From NCBI GenBank assembly GCA_963758495.1, contig CAVWVI010000003.1, positions 192,001-256,000 on the forward strand: a stretch of 64,000 nucleotides of DNA, in the 5' to 3' direction. Below the pieces are notes generated by a model. That model did not search any database. It was not told the origin of the DNA and saw only the letters and a program-made list of their open reading frames with translations. Below, piece after piece: positions 51,584 to 61,182 of this stretch. A program made the translations under genes and the position numbers. Every line of letters starts with the position of its first letter. Within the stretch, counting starts at the first letter, position 1. Origin of the DNA: Oligoflexia bacterium. Lineage in GTDB: Bacteria > Bdellovibrionota > UBA1018.

Positions 51584-53303
51584 GTAACCCCTCAATAAGT
51601 TGAGGGAATGAGCTGGCTTGTATTTTAGCCCGGTTTTGGAATTTGTTGTCGTATTAATATGGTAAGATTGGGTATCCTATCGTTATTCAAAATTCGGCTA
51701 TTCAAGTAATTCCAAAATGAAACTCTCAGTTTTTTGCACGTTTTTATTAGACTTGTAAAAGTATCTCGACAGGTCCGGCCCAAGTCATTTCTGGTACCAC
51801 CACTTATTTTCCTACGCGTAACATATTCGCGGATATCCGTTTCCGCCCCGTTATTATGAAGCGGAATTTCTGGACATTTTAGGACGACTAGAAGGCGCTC
51901 CTTCTTTGAATTCAATTTCTTGAGTTCACATTCGACTTCCGAGTAAATCATTTCCTGATTGAAGATCTCATCAAATCTCTGACTGAGTCTTTTAGCAAAT
52001 TTCGGATGAGGAGATTATTGGAAGCGCTTCAATAGATGGTAGTACACCCATATTTCAGTACGAACAGAATCTAATTCAATAGCCTCAGTATTTGATACAG
52101 GAACTAATCGATGAATGTTTCTTTCAGCATGAATCCAACAAAGAGCTTGCTGGTTGGGAAATGCATTATACTGAAATGCATCATCACTCAAAATTAGGAG
52201 ATCTTGTCGAAATCCATTTTCTATCAATGCCCCTACGAGAGCGGCTTCCGTAATAATCCGTTGGCTTTCGATGCCAGAAATTCCAAGTTGGGCAAGTGTT
52301 TTTTCCCAATTGGCTTTTCCAAGGATTGTCTGGCCCATATTATCTAAAACTACGGCAAGGGCTTTCGGGTCCAACTTATGTTCTTTTATATATTTTTCTG
52401 CGGTCGAATTAAGCTTATATTCAAATCGTTGCATCTGCAATAATTGCAAAAAATTGATTCGACTTTTTGATTCAGTACTTTGAAACCATGTAAACCAGGA
52501 GTTTCCTATTACAGTACAGAATCCATTTTTCCCCGCATGCCTTGCTCCGGTATCGTCTACTTGGATATAAGGAGAAACTTGAAGGCCAGTTTTAAGAATA
52601 TCAGCTTTCTCTTCGTGAAAATTCTCGTGTCCTTCCGTAAGAATAAAATTAATCTCTCCAGCCGAAATATCAATGCCAAATTCTCTGAGTTCTTCCAGCA
52701 GGCGAGGCTGAGTGACATGACATTGGTAATATTGATAGATAATATAGGTTTTTAACTGATTCCCAAAATGGCCATGAATTGAATTGGGTAACTCAGCCTC
52801 AATGTAGGAGCCATCCTCAGTCTGCCACCTTTCCAAATGGTAGCGAGTATTATGTGCTTGGATTACCAGATCCTGTACCGTAAAATTTTTATACCCTTTA
52901 AACTTGGCCCCATCTGGTACCCGAGGAGCTTGAATAGTCTTGTGATCATGAATTTTCAAAAAGGCAGTCTTTGATCTCTTTTCTGAGCCCGCACGCTTTT
53001 TGAGACAGTTATTGGCTTTATTCTTTTCAAGTTGGCTAGCTTGCACCTTTGGACGAGGAGGTATATTTTTCAGTCTTGCAATCTCATCTCGAAGGTATCC
53101 AACTGCTAATTCTAATTCTCGAATTTTGTGGATCTGTTGATTTATCAAGAATTCTTGCTGTTCAATAATGCCAATCAACCCACTTATGGACTGCGGTTTT
53201 TCTGATTTATATTTGAACTCTTGCTCCATGCTTTTAACGCAGCAATTTTCAATCCAAAATTGGCAAACGACAACATCTTTACCTCAACTTATTGAGGGGT
53301 TAC
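51584..53303 (-). mobile_element. IS66-family element (single-ORF, ISBst12-like), 1720 bp
   Basis: Perfect 22-bp TIRs GTAACCCCTCAATAAGTTGAGG (51584-51605 and 53282-53303); 8-bp TSD GACTTTCC (51576-51583 and 53304-53311). Confidence 0.93.
51625..53229 (-). pseudogene. IS66 transposase with an in-frame premature stop at 52015-52017
   Basis: QVDDTGARH, ILSDDA, LCWIHAER, PLHNNGAETDIR. ORFs 52015-53229 and 51625-51951 are in the same frame, separated by one TAA. Confidence 0.88.
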
Positions 53304-55290
53304 GACTTTCCTAGTCTTTTCACAATCCCTGGATCATCCACTCGCTGATAGACTGCCCCTGAAAAAGTCTTTTCAGGAAGAGTAAAAGGTGAAGGGTAAT
53401 CCTGATTGGCGAGTGCAATTGAAATCCTTTTTTGCGCATTCCAATCCTTAGTGGGAAGCTTTGCCTGAAGTCTCTGAGCCAGAAGATACTGCGAATACAA
53501 TCCAGTCTCTAATATTTTCTCAAAAGCAAAAACCTTTCCATCTGTTGATGCAAGAGGGAGGGCATAAGAAAGATCTACTGTATTTTTTAAACGAGCATAG
53601 GAAATAAGCAGATCCCAATTCCATGAACTCAAAAACCAACTCAAGAACAAAGGGGAGATGGGTTTTTCTCCTTGAGCCATCTTCTTAGCCACTTCTTCTC
53701 CTACACGATCTTTCCAACTTCCTTTCCATTGATGAATCTCTTGAATAACAAAGTGGCCTGGATAAAATTGCCAAGTGAAGCTCGGCGTCTCATTAATGCT
53801 AAAGACTAGAGAAATTCCATGATCTTTTACCTCATTGATCTTTTTGTGACTTTCCGCTTGAGTCATCCCTTCCAGTATCCAATTGAGATTAAATCCTTCA
53901 CGAGACAGCGCATGACAGAGTTCATCGAGCTTCTGAGCTCGACTTGCAGTATTAGATAGCGAGAAATCTCGGTTAAAAAGTAACCGACCCAATACCTTCA
54001 TCATATTATCGAAACCGAATCCCCCTGAACTCTGGGAGGTAATCTCACACTGAGGAGCCTCTTCTGGCCTAAGATAAGCCACTCCATCATGGCGAGAGGT
54101 CACTCTCTCACTCCACTCATCCCGAGGTGCCTGAGTCATCGCTAAAGCTGGATCACTATGCTTCTGATAAAACTCAATCAAGTTTGGATGAAGGTGCAAT
54201 TGAGGATTTTTTTTAACCTGATTTCTCAAAAAATCAATATTCAATTTTCCCTTCGTGGGATCATAGATTGCGATATTTAAAAAATTCCTAAGGCTTGTTT
54301 CTCCACAATCCGGGTAGGAGGCTTTTTCTAAGCTGGAATGCCGAGCCTGTCCATAAGAGAAAATGGGAGGAAGAGGCTTCACCGATAAGGAGTCCTCCTG
54401 CATATCCAGGACGAGCTTCTCTGGATTTTGGATGAAGTCCTCAGCCACCTTTCCTGGATTTTTTTGAGCCTCTGATTGAAGCTCTGCAAGATGAACATCC
54501 GATTTTAAATAAGATTTTTGACTCTCAAATTCCTGCAAGGCATCACCCTTGCGGAGAATCTTCGGATTGACCTGCGCCATTCCTTGAAAAAGGCGTAGAA
54601 AGTCTTGCCTCTGATCCCCCTTTTTCCAGAAAAAAGCAAGAAGCGCCTGTTCAGGTAGATGACTGGAGTAAGCCAAAGGAGAACTCCTGGATTCTCTCAA
54701 AGATTCCACAATGAGCTTGGAGAGTTCTTTGACTCTTTTGGAATGAAGCCCTTCAAATAAAGTCTTCTTTAAATTTTCGGTGAGCTCTTCTCGTCTTTTT
54801 AGATCTTTCAAGTCTTCATCATGAACCTGAGAAAGCGTCCCTAATACTTTTCCTATAAGCTCAGGCGTCAAGTGGGATACTAGATCTGAGTCAATTTGAT
54901 TGGCAACGAAGTTCACACCATCTTGAGATGGAAAGAGCCTCTGAATCAGCTCAGCCGTGTGATCCTGGGGGCAATCGTTATTTTTCACTAAAAGCTCATG
55001 AATCCGAGATGCCTTCTCAAGACATCCCAAGCCCTCTATTTTAGAGCCATAATTCCCATAGAATCTCAGATTCTCAAGCGTCTTTGTGGCAAGCAAGGTG
55101 AATCCATAAACAGGAGATAAATAGTCATACTCAGGACTCAATACAGCATGAACCCCCTTCATGTCTCGATAACTGATTTCGGCAACAGCTATGTGCGTCA
55201 CAAAGATCATAAAGAAGTAAAATAGAAATTTTCCTACTCTCCTGCCTAAATTTTGAATCATTTCTTGATTCTAAAATGAATCCAGAGTTT

Positions 55291-55809
55291 TTACAGAATA
55301 ATTAATCCAAATGAGGCATCACTCGTTTTTGGAAAACTGATTAGCCTTAACGCGCTATCATTCGAGAGTGAAACTGATTGTTGCCAAGATCCGTGATAGT
55401 TAGGCGAAACGAATTGCGAGTGCTCCTTTTGGATTAATTGCCTTAAGAAGTTTTCGAGCTGTCCAATCGATGGTTCACGTTTTCCTTGCTCATAAGCACC
55501 TAATGCGTTAGGTGATTTTGAGCCTAATCGATCCGCCACTTCTATAAGAGTAAGTCCTTGTTTCGCTCTCTGGCGCTGGAGCATTAAAGCTACCAATTCT
55601 GTTGTATCATCGGAGCCGATAAGAAACTTATTCTCCAAAACAGACTCAACTTGAACTTTGAACTTAGGTTTCCCTACGATATCCTCTACCACTGATTTTG
55701 CCATTCGAAGAGCTTCAGTTTTCGAGCGTCCTTGAGTCATCAGATCAAGACCTGGAATCTCCACAACCCAGAACTTACCATCTCTTGTCAAAACACCTTC
55801 AAATTTCAT
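55291..55809 (-). CDS. HicB-like antitoxin with Xre HTH; probable frameshift near the 3' end
   Basis: FWVVEIPGLDLMTQGRSKTEALRMA, HTH (LTLIEVADRLG...YEQGKREPS). Native stop probably at 55400-55402. Confidence 0.82.
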   Translation of the reverse strand: MKFEGVLTRDGKFWVVEIPGLDLMTQGRSKTEALRMAKSVVEDIVGKPKFKVQVESVLENKFLIGSDDTTELVALMLQRQRAKQGLTLIEVADRLGSKSPNALGAYEQGKREPSIGQLENFLRQLIQKEHSQFVSPNYHGSWQQSVSLSNDSALRLISFPKTSDASFGLIIL

Positions 55810-55865
55810 AAAATTACTCCTATTTCAATATTACATCAATTGTTGTAACAATACAATTATTCATC

Positions 55866-56057
55866 CTATGGCTTCCTTAGACCTGGATTTTTTTGGGCTT
55901 TTCGCAGTGTCCCTTGAGCCGTTCTTTCTGGTAATTCCCGATGTCGACGAATGGGCTCAACCATCGTGCCATTCGTCCAAATGACATGATTTGCCCCGGC
56001 CCTCAAAAACCACCACCCATGTTCGGTCAACATCTTTTCTAGATCCCGTTTTTTCAT
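55866..56057 (-). CDS. HicA-family toxin
   Basis: MKKRDLEKMLTEHGWWFLRAGANHVIWTNG...PIRRHREL; adjacent to the hicB-like gene. Confidence 0.88.
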   Translation of the reverse strand: MKKRDLEKMLTEHGWWFLRAGANHVIWTNGTMVEPIRRHRELPERTAQGTLRKAQKNPGLRKP

Positions 56058-56067
56058 AACTTAATAT

Positions 56068-56083
56068 TACAACAAGTGTTGTA
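56068..56083. promoter_or_regulatory. Palindromic operator upstream of hicA, with a second copy at 55831-55848 upstream of hicB
   Basis: TACAACA-AG-TGTTGTA and TTACATCA-AT-TGTTGTAA, both in an aatattaca context. Confidence 0.6.
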
Positions 56084-56233
56084 TTAAGCCATATTTTTAC
56101 AGTAAATATTAGAAACACAGTTTGTAAAGTGACGTTGAAATTTAAGCCCTAAATAGTCTTAATTCTATTAATTTTTTGGTAATTTTTAGAATTCCCCATT
56201 CATGGCTAAATACCAACAACAAATGCCTTTATA

Positions 56234-56352
56234 ATGCAATCCAGTCTTGAATATTTTCTCAAATAGGAAAACCTTTCCATCTATTGACGAAAGAGGGAGA
56301 GCACAAGGGAGAATTGCTGTATTTAAATGAGCCTGTGCCATAAGCTGATCCC
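56234..56352 (-). pseudogene. Internal fragment of a fourth paralog (B-type)
   Basis: Encodes WDQLMAQAHLNTAILPCALPLSSIDGKVFLFEKIFKTGLH, versus paralog B WDQLTAQAHLNTAILPYALPLSSTDGKVFAFEKLLETGLH. Confidence 0.9.
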
Positions 56353-56533
56353 AGCGAGAGCCATCCAGAATCCCAGGGTCAACAGCACCCAAGGAAAACA
56401 AATGATCCACTTCAGTTTATTGAACGCTCTCTCAGAACAGTCCGTCTAGTTTAAACAAACCAGCCTCACTATTACTACAAGAGACATCGACGATTCTCAG
56501 TGAAAACCGTTCGAATTTTCTAAAGACCTGAGT

Positions 56534-58309
56534 CTATTGAGTAAGAGCACTTTGTATTTCTGGTCCCCATTCTTGAGCATGGGGACGAGAAAAGCCATAT
56601 TGAATTAGAGCTTTCAAAGTCCTAGAATTCCCTTTTTTAATGAGAGCTCTGACAGCATTCGGCCACTTCCCAGAATGAGATTTGTAAAAGCCCCATCGTC
56701 CAAGATACTCATAAAAAGTCTCTGGCATTCCGTCTTTTTTAATCATGGCTTTGACTACTTCGTCCCAAAACGGATCTTTAACGTTATATAAATTGGCGGA
56801 AAATTTATTTAGAGTATCTGGACTTCCTTTTTGAATAAGGGCTTTGATTTCATCTATCCATTCGCAATATTTAGGTCTTTGAAATACCTTTTCTGCCATG
56901 AAATCCAAAACAGCTGGATCTCCCTTTTTGATAAGAGCCCCAATTTGTTTTTTCCAAAATAAGTCCTTTTCGTAAGGATGATCCAAATCAGCAAGAATAT
57001 TCTGCACTAAGCGGAAGTGCCACTCAGGCTTTCCTTCAATGATTGCATTTACCGTCCGCCTTGCTTCGACTAAATGCGAAAGCTGAGCTTCTACCAGTGA
57101 CTTCATTATGATATCCTCCACTTGCCTGTCGTGAAGTTCATCAATAATATTTCTGAACGTATGTATTTGTGATGAACTTCCATTGACTAGTCTTGGAATT
57201 TCCTCATTAGGATATTCCAAAATATGCCGCCATTCTGGATATTCCGCGATCAGAAATGATTTGTTACCCAAGGTCGAATACGGAGCTATCTTTTTGAGGT
57301 TCAAGTCATCAAGACTTGGTAGGGAATCTGTGTGATCTTTATCATTTCGAACGACTATTTCCATAAGATCTCTCACCATGTCGTCTCTTAGTGGATCGCC
57401 TGAACTCAGTAGTTTTGCCAAGTGTACTTTAAGGTCTTCTTTTTTTCGTTCCAAAATCAATTTATGGGCCGTTCGCCAAAATTCTCTTCGTATACGAAAG
57501 TGATCCTTTTCGACGTCCATTTCTGCAAAAAACTTAAGATCCTCCATGTACTTGCGAGTAGTTTCTTGAGAAACTACTCCGTCTGGATCTAACCCTAGAT
57601 CGCCGGTAGGTTCCCATTTGTCCGCAACCTTTTCAAACCTGGTTGATCGATGTGTATAGTGAGGCTGGTATTCATAAGACTTCATAGCCCCAATATATGC
57701 CCCAGGATCTCTAGAATACGCAGCAACAGGCTTCAATCCAGAAAGGAACACGCGAGTTGACGGGTATATCGAACTTCCGGAAGCCATCAGGTGAGTTTGA
57801 AACCGGCTAGAAGGAACACTGTGGAACATACTTTCGAGTTGCTTTGAAATTGTTCCATTAAATCCAGTATCAACAAGCAGAATTTTTTTTCCATCGCGAA
57901 GGGTTTCAGAAACTTTTTCCTGCTCTAGATACGAGGTGACGTTAGGATCGAGCATATTCGCTCGAGATATATTCAATAGATGAATTTTACTCGATCTTTC
58001 TGGGTCACTCTTGAGAGCAATTTTAGCATAATCATACAGATATTCTCCATCACGAGCTAAGAAATAAATCTCATGATCAGAATACATTTCAATAATTTCA
58101 GATATAGCCTCCAAGTGATTCCGCCTGAGTGTTTTCCACGATTCAGGCAACTCTGAATGAGGGTTTGCTTCCACTTCAGCATCAGTAATATTAGGGCGTT
58201 TAGAGTAGTACTCAGAGGTGGCGACGGCAGAAACAGGCGCAAATAGATACAATAGAGCATATAAGGTAAAAGCTTTTGATTTCATATTATTTAATAAAAA
58301 ACTATTCAT
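56534..58309 (-). CDS. Hypothetical secreted protein with helical C-terminal repeats
   Basis: Signal peptide; FLARDG and LLVDTGFNGTI motifs; repeated W...(A)LIKKG units. Confidence 0.75.
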   Translation of the reverse strand: MNSFLLNNMKSKAFTLYALLYLFAPVSAVATSEYYSKRPNITDAEVEANPHSELPESWKTLRRNHLEAISEIIEMYSDHEIYFLARDGEYLYDYAKIALKSDPERSSKIHLLNISRANMLDPNVTSYLEQEKVSETLRDGKKILLVDTGFNGTISKQLESMFHSVPSSRFQTHLMASGSSIYPSTRVFLSGLKPVAAYSRDPGAYIGAMKSYEYQPHYTHRSTRFEKVADKWEPTGDLGLDPDGVVSQETTRKYMEDLKFFAEMDVEKDHFRIRREFWRTAHKLILERKKEDLKVHLAKLLSSGDPLRDDMVRDLMEIVVRNDKDHTDSLPSLDDLNLKKIAPYSTLGNKSFLIAEYPEWRHILEYPNEEIPRLVNGSSSQIHTFRNIIDELHDRQVEDIIMKSLVEAQLSHLVEARRTVNAIIEGKPEWHFRLVQNILADLDHPYEKDLFWKKQIGALIKKGDPAVLDFMAEKVFQRPKYCEWIDEIKALIQKGSPDTLNKFSANLYNVKDPFWDEVVKAMIKKDGMPETFYEYLGRWGFYKSHSGKWPNAVRALIKKGNSRTLKALIQYGFSRPHAQEWGPEIQSALTQ

Positions 58310-58506
58310 AATTAATTTAAACCCGATCTAAAAAATTTCTTTTTCTAAACTAGGCCGAACAACTACAGCCTAATTGAAGCTAAAGCAAGAAGTACGCCTT
58401 CAATACTACTGCCAAACTATTAAGTTTTTCTATTTATTAATTGACCAAGTATTGAGCAACTGGAAAAATACTGAATAATATCTACTTATTTAATTTATTT
58501 TATATT

Positions 58507-58821
58507 TCATATCCATAGTAAATATTCAATACCCAAGCGTTTAACGAGAGCCCTAGCGATAGGACTACCCGCCAGAAGGGCTCTATAGCGTCTATTATCG
58601 ACCTCTTTCTTCCATAGGTGCCAAATTTTCAAACTATAATAGAAAATAATATTTTTTTCATCTAGCTCAAATTTTTCAGCCAGGATAATCCAGAGAATAA
58701 AAACGTAGGCTGTAACTACAATGACTGGAATTCCTAAGTCTGAAGGCTCTATAAAGTAATGCCCGGGTCTATCGATCCATATCCCACCCGTTGTGATCGG
58801 AAAACCACTAAGACAAGACAA
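58507..58821 (-). CDS. Possible small membrane protein or fragment
   Basis: 104-aa ORF with one hydrophobic segment in AT-rich DNA; start uncertain. Confidence 0.35.
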   Translation of the reverse strand: MSCLSGFPITTGGIWIDRPGHYFIEPSDLGIPVIVVTAYVFILWIILAEKFELDEKNIIFYYSLKIWHLWKKEVDNRRYRALLAGSPIARALVKRLGIEYLLWI

Positions 58822-59007
58822 AGAAAATCAAAAAAATAATTGATAAATTCCGTATTTTTAATGAACCAGCATATCGTTGTTATGCTTAGGTATTAATAAA
58901 ATGCACATTTTTATTAAGTAGTTTTATTGCATCTCTAGTTAATTTTAATCACGAAGAAGAACCAGAGATGAAATATGTGTAGCAGTCCGACCTTGAGTAG
59001 CCTTTCC

Positions 59008-60075
59008 CTAGTGTTTAACTGTGCTGACCGGATTTTGCATATATGGAAGTAGTTCCTTACGACCTTCTTCGTCTAGAACAATCACTTCTACTTCAAGACC
59101 AAAGGAGGTCCGTGCCTCTGGTGGCATACCGTCCTCTACAGCATTTATTGAGTCTTGATACAAATTAATAACTAAGTGTCCACTTTTGTAAAGATTGGAT
59201 AAAACTGCTTTTGGTATCTTTGTAGCTAAGCTCATTTTAGAATCACTTTTATGATATTCATATTGATTTAGAGCAAAGAATGTCCTGAGCCTACCATCCC
59301 CGTATGTCGTATATGCAAAGTGTTGCTCAATATTCTGAATATCACCAGTTTTCCAATGTTCATATTCCTGGTCTGCCATTGTTCGTGAAAGGATGACAGA
59401 GGTAGGGAGATCTGCCACTACGGTAGATGTTTGATCATGAGCGGCAACCTGCCCCCTTGAATTAATATATGTCATGAAAAACTGTTGTTTCTTGGTTCGA
59501 GCGGAAATTTTGTAACCATAGTCCAGAAAAGCGGCATAACTATTCGATCGGAATTCCAAAACGTCCTCAAATTGGTTTTTTCCATCTTGAGTGCTGCATT
59601 TAAGGTTAGCAGAAAAGTGAGGGTAGTGTGGATGATCCGCCACTAATCTAATGCGTATTACGTTGCAGTTGGGTCTAGTGGTCTCGGACATACTCGCTGG
59701 ATTATTTATGAACGTATGCCTATTGTTATTATGGATAACATAAAATTGGCTCAAATTCTCAGCAAGGAGACTTTCTACTAATCTAAAAATACGGCTGTTT
59801 ATTCCTCCATGGATTACTGGATTCATCCTATCTACAGGTAATTCTAACTCTTTAGTTTTTCTAACTTGATCAAGCTCTATGCTCACCTCTTTTCTAGCTG
59901 CACTTAGAGCCTCGCTTTGAGACTCACAATCTATACAATTATTACTTGTAGAATCTGAACTACTCGACTCAACTGAATGGAAATTTTTTTCTTTCGTGGG
60001 CTCTGCGAACGCACTTGCCCAAAATAAACTAAGGAGAAGAATAATATGAATCTGAACTTTAATGAATTCTCTCAC
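59008..60075 (-). CDS. Hypothetical secreted protein
   Basis: 355 aa with signal peptide (ILLLSLFWASAFA) and CIDC motif. Confidence 0.75.
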   Translation of the reverse strand: MREFIKVQIHIILLLSLFWASAFAEPTKEKNFHSVESSSSDSTSNNCIDCESQSEALSAARKEVSIELDQVRKTKELELPVDRMNPVIHGGINSRIFRLVESLLAENLSQFYVIHNNNRHTFINNPASMSETTRPNCNVIRIRLVADHPHYPHFSANLKCSTQDGKNQFEDVLEFRSNSYAAFLDYGYKISARTKKQQFFMTYINSRGQVAAHDQTSTVVADLPTSVILSRTMADQEYEHWKTGDIQNIEQHFAYTTYGDGRLRTFFALNQYEYHKSDSKMSLATKIPKAVLSNLYKSGHLVINLYQDSINAVEDGMPPEARTSFGLEVEVIVLDEEGRKELLPYMQNPVSTVKH

Positions 60076-60356
60076 AATAGCCTTTCATGGTTCTCATTGG
60101 AGCAAATTGGTTATAGTTTATTTTCACACGGATACTATTGTTAGTCAAAAACTGACGAGAAATTAAAAACTTCTACTCTTTAAATGAGTTCAATGCACTG
60201 CCGAAACGTGGATATCTCCAGACATCTTTTATCTTCTAAAAATAAAGTATCATGAATAATTTTGATGAGATAGTGGCAATTCAAGAGAATCTTGAATTGC
60301 GGCACTATCTTGATTCTAAAATGAATCAAGAAATTTACCATGCTAAAAGTAGCAAT

Positions 60357-60752
60357 TTAGATTGCTCGAACTGTCAAATTCAATGACTTCGCCACTGGCG
60401 CAAAATCAGAATAGTCACAGGTCCACACTTCCGCACCGATCCTTCGTGCACAGACTCCAATAAGGACGTCATTAGACTTCTTACTCGCAGGCCAACCTAA
60501 ATCCGCAAGTACTAAACCCGCTTTTTCATATTCTTCTTGAAGGGGAAGAAGAATTCTTTGATGTCGTTTAAATGCTTCAATGATTTCAGAGATAACTTGA
60601 TAACTTTTCCTACTTCTCGCTCCAGAAAGTAATTCCATCGAGACTATAGATGCCATGAACATGACACGACTTCTCGCCTCTTCACGAAGCTCTCCGCGAT
60701 TTCCACGTAACCAATCAATCCAAACCGATGTATCGACTATCAGCGGTTTCAC
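60357..60752 (-). CDS. VapC-like PIN-domain toxin
   Basis: IVDTSVWID, ELLSG, NDVLI, TCDYSDF. Confidence 0.92.
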   Translation of the reverse strand: MKPLIVDTSVWIDWLRGNRGELREEARSRVMFMASIVSMELLSGARSRKSYQVISEIIEAFKRHQRILLPLQEEYEKAGLVLADLGWPASKKSNDVLIGVCARRIGAEVWTCDYSDFAPVAKSLNLTVRAI

Positions 60753-60967
60753 AAAACTTTAAAACCTGGGAGCTGACCAAAGCTTGCATCAATCGCAGAC
60801 TCGATTTCAGTATTAGCCAAAACTACATCTAATGCACGATCAATGGCCTCTGTGTCGGTCTTAGTTCCTAACGCTCGACGAACCCGTCTTACTTTATCCC
60901 GATCTAGATTCATCGTAGTTCGGGTCCTTTTTACTACTCTCGTAGCAAGTTCTCTTTGTCGCCTCAT
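60749..60967 (-). CDS. VapB-like antitoxin
   Basis: RTTMNLD...LGTKTDTEAIDRAL; 4-bp overlap with the PIN gene. Confidence 0.85.
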   Translation of the reverse strand: MRRQRELATRVVKRTRTTMNLDRDKVRRVRRALGTKTDTEAIDRALDVVLANTEIESAIDASFGQLPGFKVL

Positions 60968-61182
60968 TCAATACACCTATACTATTTCGCAGTTTGCGAT
61001 CCTGTTGGAAACTCACTTAATGTTTCGAATATGTATAAATCGTACATATTATACATATCATTAGTCAATGAGAAGTTGTCAAAACCACAAAAATATCCTT
61101 CTAACGCTCGATGTAAGTTGTTCCTTTAGGCTGCTGACAAGCACGTCACATTTGATGCATAGTTGGAAACTGGGGGATTCTC

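Larger units (their letters stand above)
51227..55261 (-). pseudogene. Paralog C, interrupted by IS66 (5' part 53304-55261, 3' part 51227-51575)
   Basis: Removing the IS and one TSD copy restores a 2307-nt frame, the same length as paralog A. Junction KRLGKS|WKDSRG. Confidence 0.92.

Noticed and set aside
51227..51595. Stand-alone 122-aa Lcl gene
   Set aside because: It is the 3' part of paralog C; the apparent start codon lies within the IS66 TIR.
43900..61000. Integron cassette array
   Set aside because: Genes are co-oriented and TA-rich, but I saw no integrase and no convincing attC (RYYYAAC...GTTRRRY) hairpins.
61020..61065. dif-like AT-rich site upstream of vapB
   Set aside because: Does not fit the 11-6-11 XerC/XerD consensus; more likely a TA promoter/operator.
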